A DNA stretch of 64,000 nucleotides from Dicyema japonicum (lineage: Eukaryota; Animalia; Dicyemida). The position numbers were made by a program, and so were the translations under genes. The DNA lies in contig RDEW01000002.1 in assembly GCA_011109175.1 (NCBI GenBank), positions 568,224 to 632,223 on the forward strand, in the 5' to 3' direction. The notes under the pieces are model-generated. The model was not told the origin of the DNA. It saw nothing but the letters and a program-made list of their open reading frames with translations, and searched no databases. Shown in pieces: positions 12,765-25,429 of the stretch (position 1 is its first letter; every line of letters starts with the position of its first letter).

Positions 12765-13042
12765 GCGAGTTTTTCTCGCTGATGTTCATCTGGTGGAAGG
12801 TTCCACGCATCTACGATGCCGAAAGGGTTTGACGAGTGACGCCGTCATCAGTGGATTCTCACTGCGGAACTGGATTGTCTAGAAAGGACACTCACACAAG
12901 AAAAAGAAACAAAGAAGTGAAGATCATTCCTTGGTTCTACGATTAGTTAAAATTAACTGTTCTTTACTTAAATAAAGTGTGTGTCCTGCCTATGCGGAGC
13001 TATAAATATTATGGCTCTCGTTAAAAGGCTTTTATTATTATT
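12765..13042 (+). mobile_element. tRNA-derived SINE, 5'-truncated copy
   Basis: Body ctggtggaagggttccacgcatc...gcctatgcggagctataaatattatggctctcg plus a (TTA)n tail, matching 57983-58307 and 62187-62474. Confidence 0.85.
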
Positions 13043-13205
13043 TGCGAGTTATCGTGTCAACATACAACATTGAGCTTTAATATTATTATCCGCTTAGTAA
13101 GCTTATGTGACAGAAGAATCAGGAACAATATTAGTTACACGTGATTAATATTCTAGGAAATATGCAAATAAATAGGTAAATTATAAATATATCGCAAACA
13201 GTATA

Positions 13206-14299
13206 ATGCTTAAAAAGATTACCAAAAGTATATTCACAAGACAAGTTACATTATCAAAACAAAGCCCTTTAGGTTATATAAACATTTATATTAGAGAATA
13301 AGTTTGATCCACTGAATTCATACATCCAAGAAAATCCTGAAGAAGTCAGTCTCCAAACTATCTGTTTGGAATCCCTCTAAACGAGGTCATTGATGGATCA
13401 TGCATTCATTACAAATTATATGTTGGCGTGATTTAATGTTAATTAAAGGCAATTCTTGAAGTGTTATACACTCAGGGACCAAATGAGGTGAATATCTTAG
13501 TAGAAAAGCACCAATCATAAAAAAAGTGAAGAATTGTGTCAAACTATCAAATATACACACGACTTATGCATAGAACAAACAAGTGTTCTCGAAATAGGAA
13601 CATTATTTAAGGTTACTGATTAAACCCATGTGGTAGAGATATCTCAGATCCCTACCAGTGTGTGTTCTTGATTCTCGATTGGGTTCCAAATGGCTACGTT
13701 GCCTGAAAACTAGTGACAATGATAAGAAAATGAAGATGTTTATAAGTATTGATTGAACTAATGGTAGAGTTATAAACAAACTGCCCCTATCTCACATAGT
13801 AATGCTTAAATTGATTGTATGTCTCATTAGGAAGATTGCACATAACTCCACATATAATAAAATGGACGCATGCTCCATCTGCATTTGTATTGGAGGAAGT
13901 ATGTTCATTCCCGCATACTCAAATGATATCTGTGAAATCAGCAAAGCTGTATCTTCTTTATATTTAACAAACGAAAGATGGCAGAATGCGTCCATTTTAT
14001 CGTAATAAACGCCACAAATCTGTTAGACTCCCAAATAGACGACTTTTTCTCGCAAATAACCACAAATCGAGAAGGCTCAATTCGTGAATCCAGTGATATA
14101 TTAAGTTACTTTAGTGAAACGACTACGGAGATCGACCACTCTTAATATTTATAATGATTTGTGTGAGAGAGAAAGTGATGATGCAACAATATCTGATGAG
14201 ATTCGAAAGAGTACGTCCTCCAAATCATCTGATCTCACTTCAGAACTCCAATCACAAGATCTGTATAACAATGACATAATTCAAGGTCTCCAATTGTGA
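13206..14299 (+). CDS. RhoGAP-domain protein (ARHGAP20-like), mini-introns, two apparent 1-nt frameshifts
   Basis: Spliced motifs LFGIPLNEVIDG, AILEVLYTQGP, EIGTLFK|RYLRSLPVCVLDSRL..KW, KLPLSHIVMLKLIVCLIRKIAHNSTYNKMDACSICICIGGSMF and AECVHFIVINA follow the RhoGAP helix pattern. Introns are 22-29 nt (e.g. gttactgattaaacccatgtggtag). Confidence 0.7.
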
Positions 14300-14519
14300 A
14301 CCTAGTAAACAACTCCAACTATTTAGTAGAGCAAGTCAATTATCTTCGAAAACTATTACTAATTGAAGTTATAATTTTCGTATTTTATTATACATTTAAT
14401 TTATTAACCAAAATACAATGGAAAATAAGTTAATAATCAACAATTGATCATATTTATCTAGTTCCAACAGGAACAGTTTTCCTAAGTCCACAAAAAACAT
14501 CGGAAGTAGAAGAAAACAT

Positions 14520-15860
14520 CTGTTGAGAGAACAGTTGTGAGAACCCCTCAGGGCTTCGCGCCATCATGCAACTGGGCGTCACTTGATACTCAGTTTTCCG
14601 AGAAGATAGAAGTCAATGGAAGAGGTTGGGGCCTTAAGTAAACTGATCAGGAACCATATCCTGGTCAACAACATTTCGGATAACATCTCAGACCTCTTCC
14701 CTCAGGACGAAAAACTGGAACAACTAACTCTGAGAATCCGTCTACCCTCTCTCATTTTGATAATCGTTTATATGTACATTTTCTCTCCATCGTCATTTTC
14801 CTGCAACTACCGCACGAACTCAAGTGATTAACCCGAACGGAAAACACGCTAAACGCAGAGTTCTCAATGGTATGCTGACCAACAACTGGATCAAAGGAGA
14901 GCTCTCATATCCGACAGTTTCGACATTTGATCATTCTCAATAATTTATGTAGGCATACAAGGATCTCATGCTGCAAAATATTCACTAAAGTGTGTCGCTT
15001 CAACGTCCTTCGTATCCCATTGATCCTGAAAAGCAAGCTCTCATCCAAACGAGAAATAATCTAACGAAAGCCGAAAGACAACAAGTGTACGTCACTTAAA
15101 GGATATCAAAACTAAATAAAGAAGTCATTCGGAACACAACAAAGAACGTTGGGAAGCCGTGCTGAAAAAAACTACATGAATATTTCTTCTATTGTATTAA
15201 GGAAATCGATAAGGAGCTCAAGAAGTGCTCTTCACATTTAATTGTACATCGAGAGTTACATGGATTTTAGTCATAAACCAAATTAAAAAGACCTTGATCT
15301 TCGTTCAGGCCATGTCGAAAGAATAAATGAGTCAACATAACTTCTACGATCCGTCAATGCTGCAGTAATACGAAAAATGAATAACTCGTTTCATGCGGTT
15401 CAGACGATATCTCCATTCTTGAACTGAAGTACCTGGGTTCATCCGCGATAGTGCCAATAAAAAATTTTAAATCTCTCGATAAACTATAACAAGATACTGT
15501 TAATATGGAATAATTCACTGATATATCCCATCCTGAAGAAAAACAAACCACCTAACTGCCCGTTATCATAACGATCGGTTTCTATCATTCGCGCTTGTCG
15601 TTAAAAAGCTGGTACTCTCACGGATCTGCGAAAAACACTTAACAACAACGCATTTAACAAAACTTGTTCAATTCATTTCCGACGCCCTGAATACTCAGAA
15701 TAACAAGATAATACATAGGAATTTCGATTTAGTATCCTGGAAGATCTATACCGAAAAAAATTTTACGACGTCGATCCATCCTAAACTCATGTTATGGTTG
15801 GAAAACTTTATCAGCGGTTGCATAGGCAAAGTGGTGGAGAATAACCAAAAATAAAAACAT
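14520..15860 (+). mobile_element. Heavily decayed non-LTR element (APE and RT remnants)
   Basis: Remnants include FDHSQ (SDH motif), SCGSDDISILELKYLG, IYPILKKNKPPNCPLS.RSVSI and FDLVSWKI. Confidence 0.55.
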
Positions 15861-15973
15861 GATACTTTCCAAATGAAGACCCACACCCTAAACTTATGAA
15901 ACATTAACATACTTAAGTAAATTATATTATCTAATTTATTGGATAATCATCTAAGATTTTCTAATCATTTATT

Positions 15974-16045
15974 GGTCCCATAGTGTAGTGGTTATCACAT
16001 CGGACTCTGAATCCGGTAACCCGAGTTCGAATCTCGGTGGGACCT
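15974..16045 (+). tRNA. tRNA-Gln (CTG)
   Basis: GGTCCCATAGTGTAGTGGTTATCACATCGGACTCTGAATCCGGTAACCCGAGTTCGAATCTCGGTGGGACCT folds as a 72-nt cloverleaf with anticodon CTG. Confidence 0.97.
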
Positions 16046-16289
16046 TAATTATTTTGTTTTTAATTTAATTATCATAGAGTTTAAAAATTTTTTAATCAAA
16101 AACAATTTATTTACACAGACAATTAATAAAATCCAGCTGATAAGATGGAATGGACAACTGGATCGTCTTGGACATCATCTTGGACTTCGTCTTGGTTAGT
16201 GAGGTCGAGGTATCAGGCCCCATCATAAATCAAGCATTTCCCCAGTGAGAAGAGAAAGACAGTTTCCCCGTCTGGACGCTTTCTATCTC

Positions 16290-16790
16290 CACAATCCAGG
16301 CCCACCAGTTCCAGAGATGACTGGAATCCAGCCGCCTCAAGAGAGCGCATCCCAGCTGATGTCGGCATGCATCGGGAACCGGCTTATGCTGAGATGGCAA
16401 GAGACTGGGTCAAGTCAAGCCCGACGCTGAAAAGGCCGAGGGGTCAAAACAGGAAAAGTATGATGTCCTACCCGAGTATTTTTTGTTCGTTCCGCTTGTG
16501 GTTGAAACGTCGAATGGCCGCTGTATGACCTTTTTTTTATTTTATTTTGTTTTTTTAAACAGAATAATTTTTTTTAACAATTATACAAATGTCAGTTGAG
16601 GAAGCCTGCTGCGTGGATTGCGAACGAGTTCCCTCGGAGTATGGCTTGGCCAATTTATAGCTAAAATTCCAATCTTTTGTCTTAGCCATAACCTTTCTCG
16701 TTGATCCCTCTTCTTTCTGGTAATCAATTTTCCGAGTTCTCGCAAGAACTCAGCCGTCTTTGGACCAACGGCTCTCGATGATTTTATTTT
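16290..16790. mobile_element. Two CRE fragments tail-to-tail: RLE region (+, about 16290-16530) and 3' end (-, 16575-16790)
   Basis: Plus strand gives AEKAEGSKQEKYDVLPEY.FVPLVVETS. Minus strand gives GPKTAEFLRELGKLIT..DQRERLWLRQKI..GNSFAIHAAGFLN* followed by an A-rich tail. Confidence 0.65.
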
Positions 16791-16959
16791 GTTTACCAAT
16801 AAATCAAAGAAATATAAACTTACTATGTTTAAGGAAATTTTGAAAGAAAGTGTTGGTCATTCTTTATTATGTATTGAACATGACTAAGTCATATTTTGAG
16901 AAATCTAAATGAATATTAGATGCATTATTCTCTTTTGTCTAACCATCAGTTTAAAAATA

Positions 16960-18487
16960 CAGTAAAGTCCCTCAGATTGGCCAATTTTCAAATTATCAAA
17001 TTGGCCAATTTATAGCTAAAAGTTCACGTCAGGGGTTCAAAAAAGCAAATTTTCCTAAGAAATTGGCCAACATTATTAAAAAACATAAAATTTATTTTTA
17101 CTAATTTTTTTCAATTATTTTGTTAAAAAAATAAAAATTTAAAACTAAAAATTTTACCATGTGTTCGAAAACTTCTCGTAATTATACAAGGCTTAATTGT
17201 TTCCAAAAACTAGAAATTTTGAGATATAAAGATGATAATAATACTACATTGTGCCAAGCAATCGCTCACAGATATTCTGATTTATTTAATATTCGAATTT
17301 CAAGAAAAACAGTAATAATCTTAATTCCTAATTCCTGAGAGTCCATATTAAAAACATCTAAAAATTATATTCCTTCAACAAAGACATGCAAATCATTAAC
17401 TTTCCTGAACTTGATACAAGGGTTGTTGAATAGATGGATTTGATGGAATCTAGGGGTAATTTTAATTTGATTATGTTAGGTGCTATGTTAAATGATCCAC
17501 TAATATCAAATAAAGCACAAAATATTGGTGAAAAGTTATAAATTAATGATTTCAAGAATTCAAAAGGATTTCTAACACGATTCAAAAAAAGACATGGTTT
17601 TCGAATGCATAAATTACATGGGGGAATGATAACTGACAAACAACCTGACTTAGAAGGATTTGTAGATCACTTTGAAGAAATTTTTAAACCTTATAAAGAA
17701 GACGAAATTTACAATATGGATGAGACAGGGCTCTATTAAAAACTGATTTCGTCCAAGAGCATATGCAAAACACGATTTGGTGGATATAAAAATTTCAAAG
17801 ATCGGGTTTCAATTATGTTATGTACAAATATTAAATTATTATCACTCTAATAGAGCATGGGTGACCAGTTTTATTTTTAATCATTGGTTAATAACATTGG
17901 ATAATGAATTGTTCCATCAAAAAAATTTTTTGTTATTAATGGACAATTGTCCTGCACGTTGTATAAAATCCAAATTGAAGAACATTCAGATATTAATTTT
18001 TCCTAAAAATAGTACAGCCTTTATACAACCTATTGATATTGGAATCATTAAAACATTCAAAGCTCATTTTAATAGACATAAGTTGTTATATCTAACACAA
18101 ATATTGGAAAACAAAAACATTTCAGTTTATGAATATTATAAAAAGTTAAGTTTGAAAGACACGGTTTTTTAGTACGGATGGAATGGGAAGATGTATCAAT
18201 TGAAACAAGTTTCAATAAATTGCGTAAACAAGACATCGAGGTCATTCCAATTGATTGGATCAATAATATTACTGAAATTTTTAGGAAAACTGGCACTACA
18301 TCTGATTGAACAATAAATAATATCGAAAATGAAAATGATGTAAAAATGATTTCTGCTATTAGAAGATACACTCAAAATAAAAAAAATTTTTTTACAATGG
18401 TTTTTTAAATAAATTTTTTTTTCAAATTCCCAAATTAGCCAAAAATAGTCCAGGAACAATTTTGGGCTAATTTAAGAAACTTTGCTG
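16960..18487 (+). mobile_element. Tigger/pogo DNA transposon, decayed transposase, TIRs and TA TSD
   Basis: Left end TA|CAGTAAAGTCCCTCAGATTGGCC and right end gggctaatttaagaaactttgctg|TA. Internal motifs FKNSKGFLTRFKKRHG, IYNMDETGLY, LLLMDNCPA and PKNSTAFIQPIDIGIIKTFK (CENP-B HTH + DDE_1). Confidence 0.9.
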
Positions 18488-18619
18488 TAGTTTAGGAAAT
18501 AGATCTCACATGATGCGTCACATATGACATTGATTTTTATTAAAATTATTATATAAAATATTATTAGTCTGTTAAATATTTATCATAACTGTTGAAAATC
18601 ATTCTTTTCCTATTAAAGT

Positions 18620-20170
18620 ATGGAAACAGGCATTAATACGGCCGACCTTATCCGACAAAATGGAAAGGGATTTGCCACCCTGTGCAGGCAGTGCAACTCT
18701 CAACAATATACAGCTACGACGTGTCTTATGAGAAGGGTATACATCACCCCTCTCCAATTCCTATTCCGCCCACAGAGAAATTGTGTTGGATCCTAGAAGG
18801 AGCACAAGGAGAAAATGAGAAATCTGATTGAAGCCTTCGAGATCACTTAATTAATTTAGTAATTAAATTAACTATTGGTGTTCTTGGGTTAATAATAATA
18901 CTAAAACCAGGAAGACCGAGAAATGACCCAGCGTATTTTAGAGCGGTGTCACTACTATGTTCCATGTCAAAAATCTTGAGAAGGCTTGTGTTTGGGAGAA
19001 TTAAAGAATTTTTACCCGAGAGGCCTTTTCAACATGGATTCAAAAATGAGAGATCCACGTCTACATACTTGCAAACATTGACCGACTTCATTCGAGTCAG
19101 ATTCACAACCAAGCCGAGACACTTTAAAACAGTGTTCTGCTCGATTGACATACATAAAGATTTCGACTTAGTCTCGAGTAAGATTCTATCGAGAAAAATA
19201 TTTCAATCGGAGATCCCAGGGAAGCTAATGCTTTGGATCACTAACTACTTAAGTGGACGAAGGGGACGTGTTTGCCTCGGAGGTCTGAAATCAATCTCAC
19301 GACTCCTCCCCAACGGAGTCCCTCAAGGATCTCCTTTATCCCCTGCTCTGTTTAACCTCTTTCTGGCTGATCTCCCGACTCTTGAATCTGGTAATGATGT
19401 TCTACTTTCCTATGGATGTGATATTGCGTTGGCTTCGCGAGATCAGGACATCCAGAAGGCCACAGAAAGAATACAAATTAACCTGGACAGGCTTAATGCC
19501 TGGATAATGGAAAACCGGCTCGTGGTGAATGCAGAGTAGTCGTCTACGTCACTATTTACCTCTGACAAAAGATTGGAAAGGAAGACAGTCACCTTGAAGT
19601 TAAACAAGGTCGGCATCCCTTTCAATAGATGTCAAAGGATTTGGGTGTGACAATTGATATGCATCTCTGTTTGACATCACACGTAGAAAACATTCTATTG
19701 AAATGTGAAAAAAAAACTGAACGTATTAAAATGTTTATCGGGAATATGAAAGAGTGGAACTCATCCAGTCTTGATGAACGTGTACAAACAGTACATCGAG
19801 CCATGTTTCTCGTATGCATGCGCCTCGTGGAGACCGTCCATATCTTGGACAAATATGAGGAAAATTGAGGAAATGCAAAAGAGGGCCTACAGAGTAACGG
19901 AGCGTTGGATTTGTGAAAATCACCGAACCGGATTTACGCTTCTGGAGGCCCTATGAGACTAGACTCCAGATCATGGAAGGCCCATGATTTAAGATTCCTG
20001 TTTCTTTCTTCTCTTCCCTCTTCTAATAGAGTGGCGGCATGTAATCTACCTGTCTCTGTTGGCGCCAACCAGAGTGGCACGAAAAAGGAACACTCTCCCA
20101 CTCCACTGCAGAGATTCCCTGCAAAAAATGAAGATGCTTAAATTTATATGGTTCTGGATGGAATTTTGTG
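18620..20170 (+). mobile_element. Non-LTR element family A: RT and start of an RNase H-like region
   Basis: ORF 18946-19539 has QHGFK..RST, SIDIHKDFDLV and NGVPQGSPLSPALFNLFL. The 3' part is homologous to 24900-25260 and 29960-30150. Confidence 0.85.
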
Positions 20171-20239
20171 GCATTAAAATATTATATTTCTAAATGAAAT
20201 TTATCGATTGAATGTCTAAAGTAAAAATTAATAGCTTAT

Positions 20240-20880
20240 TCATCCCATATAGTTTTTTACTTACTAAGTTTTCTCAATATTTGTACACGGTTGGATTTGA
20301 ACCAGGATCTGACGTTCTTTGGTTTGGAACTTCGGCTATTAGAGATCTCTTGTTTTGTCTGCGGACACGAAAAGTACAATTACATACACCTGAAGATATG
20401 TAGAAATTCTTGCAATAGTCGTCACATCAACCTTCCAACCGATTAACTAATTTATCAATTTCTGTAAAATTAATTATCATGCATTAATCACTAAAATGAA
20501 GTCTACATAAAAAAAACTCTCTGTGAAAGGAGCAACCACTTCATGGTCTTTCCAAGTGAAAGGACACACAATTCAAAACCCACGTACATCTACTAATGAC
20601 ATGAGCAGAAATGACTCCATGAAATCATATGAAATGCATTATACGAAAGTCAGGAATCTCCTAATACTGTGTTTTCCTAATAGATATTGGTGATTCTCGT
20701 TGTAAATGTTATACTCTATAAAGAGATTCGATGTACATATTAGTTTCGATTAATTGACCATTAATAATCACGTAGAGGATTTTGGTCTACATATGATTTG
20801 TTTAATTATTTACGGTATTTCCATGAATTTGATATATTGTCACTGGTAGTATTTTTAAGAGTCGCAATTTCAATATCATC
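20240..20880 (-). CDS. Possible spliced gene of unknown function
   Basis: Protein-like segments (LRLLKILPVTIYQIHGNT|TKILYVIINGQLIE; IVCPFTWKDHEVVAPFTESFF) are separated by GT-AG candidates of 21-31 nt. No family recognised. Confidence 0.25.
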
Positions 20881-21069
20881 GAAAAGTGAGTACCATCAAG
20901 GACTGCCTAGGCCTATGTGAGTTAAATTATATGATCTTAAGAAGATATAGATACAATTTTTTTTTATTTAATAAAAAAAATTATTCCAAAGTCCAGGATA
21001 AACCAAACTAATTCTGAGGCTTCCAACAATTCTAAACTCTTTTATTTTTAGTTAATTGTTTTATTTAGT

Positions 21070-21190
21070 AAAGAAAAGAGTAAATGGTCAATATAGCGGC
21101 TGCCCTAACTGCGTGACTATTCCTCTCTCAGAATGGCAGCGAGATTCGCTTAAATAACCAGCAGCGCTCACGAGGGTTTTAGTTAATTAT
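21070..21190 (-). mobile_element. CRE 3'-end fragment
   Basis: RERCWLFKRISLAILRGNSHAV. Confidence 0.65.
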
Positions 21191-21473
21191 TTTAATGAAA
21201 AATACAGTAAACCCTCATCAATCCCAACAAAAAAAATTTCCATATTAATGAAGGGCGGATTCGAAAATTGTCCATAGGAAATTCTAAATTTTATTATATT
21301 GCCAAAAAGTAAGGCAAATTGGATCCTTATTACAATTTCAATAAACAAAGAGTATAAATTATTAGAATAAAAATGTAAAAAATATTTAAAATCAAAAAAT
21401 TATATTCTATTTAATCAAGTCATAAATCGTTGTTTGTCTATTATTCTTTTTAACACTTCTAATTTCTTTATTA

Positions 21474-23185
21474 TGTCACATGGGCCAAGCGTTACCTATG
21501 GGCAGCCTGTTACATTAACCTTGAACCAAGATTAACTTCAATTAATTTTATAAATGATTTATTAACCCAAAAAATTAAATTTAAGTAACTTTTTTAGTCT
21601 ACTCATTAATACAGTCGATATTTCTCCTTTCGAATTTTTTATCTATCAAATTAAACTATTTAAAACTACCTCCACGCGATTATTCGATAAAATATTAATT
21701 ATTTCTGCAACTGGATAATACTGAGACTCAAAACTTATCCAGTCGCAATGAGGGATTTGTTCCAAAGTCCTTTTTAGCCCGAACCTATTTATTAATGTTT
21801 TTGATTCATACTTTATCTCCCATGTTAAAAGTATATTTACTATTATGAACATTCATTTTCCTGTTCATAGCTTTGTAATAATTCGAATTTTCTTCAATCG
21901 AATTAATTTCGAAATTGATTCTCTTCGCATTCGGACACAAATTATCTGACTGGGAATTATCTAGATATAAATTTTTAAATCAAACTACGTGAATTTTCAA
22001 TAGATTCTGGAGTCGAACAATTAACCAAATCGTCAATTTGTTCTGGAATCGCACACTTATCACTTAAATTATTTAAGTCCTTGTGCTCGTGAATTGTTAG
22101 GCCTTCCGTGAATTTGCTTAATGTTAAAATCTTCGCAAAGTTTTGTTATTTCTGATTTTTTAAATTCAGAACCATGTCCGACTGAAGAAATTTACATGGC
22201 CATTCAGGCGGAACGAAGATCTAAGTTTTCACATACTCCTTTACTAGAATTATTATAGAGTGGTCGTACAAAAGCGAATCTATAAATTAAAAAAAAACCA
22301 ACATACTATATATGTCAATGACCGCTAAAATTCATTTGAAATTTTCATTTAATGTTGAAAATTTTTTCAGGTCTATTAGATCTACCTGAAGACGTTCATT
22401 TGGAGAAGAAGCAAATACATGGTGTCTCCAATCTACAATTATAAAAAATCACGAACTTTTAAAGGACGCGAAAATTTACAGACCAATAATTTCGAATGAC
22501 TTTTCTGATAATCTCATTCTTTACAGTGAAGTATCTTTGTCTACATTCTACTCAATTTTATTTACTCCTTCGTGTGAAAACTCGTCAACAATTTCGCAAC
22601 ATGCTCCATTTCGGTTTATTATCCAGGGATATGACTAACTTGGAATCAGTTGATTTAAGATACAGTCTAAAAATTATTGCAATTTACAATACCTGTTATT
22701 GATAATAGAAAAATTCTCTATCTTCTTTACAAGCCTATATTTTCGGGTGCCTCGGAAGATTTTCGGGAAATTTATCATGCAAAGCATTTTTTAAAGTTTG
22801 ATATTCAACGCAATCTTTCACAAAACCCTTGTAAGAAGCCATTGCAACAAAATAAATCTTCCATGCTATAAATCACGCTAGAAATTTAAGTTTGGCGCTA
22901 TAAAAATAAAATCTTTATAATCATAACATTTATGAATAAAAAACTAATTTAACAGGATTAAATCACGATATAAATCGGATATATAAATTAAATGTCGGAT
23001 AATCTAATGAGGGACTCAATTTCACCTTTGTCGGTCTGGGATTACTTAGTTAGATGAGAACTTTTATTTCTTTCTTTTGACCCAGTGATCCTGGGGTAAT
23101 AATAATAATGTCGATAATCAAAGACCTTTTCAAGGTCGAAAAAATGTAACAGGCTGCCCATGCGTTACGCGCCGCCCATGTGACA
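21474..23185 (-). mobile_element. Ginger-type DNA transposon (retroviral-like integrase), 41-bp TIRs, 5-bp TSD TATTA, internal mini-intron
   Basis: TIRs are TGTCACATGGGCCAAGCGTTACCTATGGGCAGCCTGTTACA and TGTAACAGGCTGCCCATGCGTTACGCGCCGCCCATGTGACA, with TATTA on both flanks. The integrase reads PNERLQVDLIDL..ILAVIDIYS|FAFVRPL..LQSD.GSEFK..LCEDFNIKQIHGRPNNSRAQG. A family-B LINE 3' end is inserted at about 23020-23110. Confidence 0.85.
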
Positions 23186-23654
23186 TATTATATTTAAATT
23201 TTTCAATGTTCCAATTCTATCATTTCTGAATTTTGTACTTTCTTCTATAATGTTTACTGTATTTAATAATTGTATTAGTCAAAATTTTCAATCGTTCTCT
23301 TCACTTTCAATATCAATAATTTCTTCGTCGATATATAATAATAAAAAGGTACCTATTTCGTTCTCGTCAAACTTTTAAAAATGCATCGGGATCACGTGAT
23401 AATTAGTTTTGTTTTACCGTGGTCTGGGTTAAATAATAAAAAATAAAAACTTTTAGTTTAAGATTAAATCTAAATTTAAATCTGGGTAGTCAAGCTTTAA
23501 TAAATTCAATATCATTGATTCCAAGTTTTTCGTCAAATACGAAGATTGTTTGTCACTCGGAATATAGAAAAACTCCATAAATATAGCAGCGAGGCGTTAT
23601 TTCGATTATGAGATACCAACTAAACCATCATTTAAAAATTAATATAATTAATTT

Positions 23655-23740
23655 TCCTCGTTCGCAATCCACAACAGCAGGCTTCCTCAACTGCATTTGT
23701 TTAATTGTTAAAAAAAATTTTTTTTTTTTAAAAAAAAATT
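23655..23740 (+). mobile_element. Very short CRE 3' end with A/T tail
   Basis: ctcgttcgcaatccacaacagcaggcttcctcaactg matches the CRE terminus at 16590-16630 (minus strand). Confidence 0.5.
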
Positions 23741-23787
23741 AATTTTATTAATATTAAATTTTATAAAAATAAATTTCAAAAATACGT

Positions 23788-24277
23788 ATGAAAATTATAT
23801 TCTTATGGGTCGTGATGAATTTTATCAATTCTAATTATTATAGCATTTTGGTGTAGAAAAAAGAAGCCAAAAATGATCAAATCAAAGTCAGCATTCCGTA
23901 AGCTAGCATTAAAAAAGCATCCGATAAAGTGAGTGCTGAAAATAGAAAAAAGGCCGAGGATGAGTTTAGCGAAATAGCAGAAGGTACATAATATTATCTC
24001 AATGCAGCCTACGAAGTTTTGTCGAATCCAGAGAAGAGACGAATGTATGATATTCACGGGCAGACTGACTTTGTTAATAATTCTCCCTTCTATTCATCTC
24101 CGTTTGATGATGTTTTCAGTTCATTCTTTGATGATTCATTTTTCGGTGATATGTTCAACAGCCATCATCACTCTTATGCTCGTATTCTCGGATTTAATTA
24201 TAGATAATCAGGATAATTGTCGTACGGAGACTATAAGAGTAGGCAACACCGTCACAAGTACTACTATATGCTCTTAA
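23788..24277 (+). CDS. DNAJB9: DnaJ homolog subfamily B member 9 (ERdj4); 2 introns (24 and 22 nt); three 1-nt homopolymer indels in exon 1
   Basis: Signal-like MKIIFLWVVMNFINS, J domain YYSILGVEK..IKSAFRKLALKKHPDK..EFSEIAE|AYEVLSNPEKRRMYD, an F/D/S-rich linker, and C-terminal CRTETIRVGNTVTSTTICS (compare DNAJB9 CRTVTQRRGNMVTTYTDCS). Introns at 23984-24007 and 24182-24203. Confidence 0.85.
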
Positions 24278-24699
24278 TTATTATTGAGTGATAAATTATA
24301 GTATATTTTCTTGATTTTTATCTATTATTTATTTTAAACTTTTGTAAGCATGGGTTTTTTTTATTCACTGTACTATTTTTCTTAGTATCCAAATGGATTT
24401 TCTAAGAAAAAATCCTCATGGGGAAGGAGGGGAGGGTCTTTTAAGTAATTAGTTTAAACGGAGGTTTACACATCCACTAACCTACCTGGTTGCCTTCCGA
24501 CAAGCTTAATCAAGGCGGACGGCAACTTATGAAATATAATGAAATTTGGTTATTTTAAAAAACAGTGGTATAAACGTGTAAAGTGATTCACATAGGAGCG
24601 AGAACCGAGCGTTATAACTTTTCTTCTATATCTTTCCCATCTTAGAGACGTATGTGAATCCTTCACAAATTGCCTAATTGCTACCGACAAAAATTTATT

Positions 24700-25330
24700 T
24701 CCACATGGGTTTTTCACGAATTGTAGCATTATCTGTTCGAAAGCTCTGGAGGATTAAGTTGATATGTTCCGGCAAAAAGAAGAGTTGGATCGCTGAAAAA
24801 AATATGATCTTATTCAAAAATACTGTTTCATGACGAATTCAAGGCAGAATAAGAAATTGTTGATTGAGAGTGTCAACTTCAAACAAGAAATGGTTGTTAA
24901 TTATGTGATTCTAACTCAATTGAACGGTGAGCTGCATGATAAGAATTATCTAATATGGTGTGTATTACTTTCAAGCTGTTCTGCATCGAAAATTGGTTCT
25001 CACCCGGTCTTGATGAGCGTGAAAAAACAGTAGTACATCGAGCCACGTTTCTCAAATGCATGCTGCTCTTGGGGACCTCCATATCTTGAAAAATATGAGG
25101 AAGATCAAGAAAATGTAAAGAGGGCTTTCAGATTAACGGAACCTTGGATTTTGGAGATCTCAGACCGACGCCGCTGGATGATCTTATGAGACTAGATTCT
25201 ATATTATGGGGATACGGCCACGTAAAATAAGCCATCCTGTACTATGAGGTCGCTGTTGGAATGCATCCTGATCACGTGATAATTAGTTTGGTTTTACCTT
25301 GGTCTTGGACTGTTAAATGAACAAAATAAT
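24700..25330 (+). mobile_element. Non-LTR family A post-RT fragment with 3' end
   Basis: Homologous to 19700-19990. It ends in the shared terminus atcacgtgataattagtttggttttacc (also at 23395). Confidence 0.65.
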
Positions 25331-25429
25331 TCTAATATTCTTCGTTCTACAATGCCTAAATCTATGAATTTTCCATTTACAATTTACCCTCCTATTTCTA
25401 CAGATATGTGTCTAACTTTATCATTAAAT

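Noticed and set aside
14500-14560. Fourth 2A-like remnant (SEVEEN..ENPSG) before a decayed APE
   Set aside because: Too degenerate and interrupted by a stop to count as independent evidence.
16290-16790. Twin-priming 5' inversion of a single CRE insertion
   Set aside because: The fragments are arranged tail-to-tail with the A-tail between them, not in the inverted-5'/3'-tail geometry twin priming produces.
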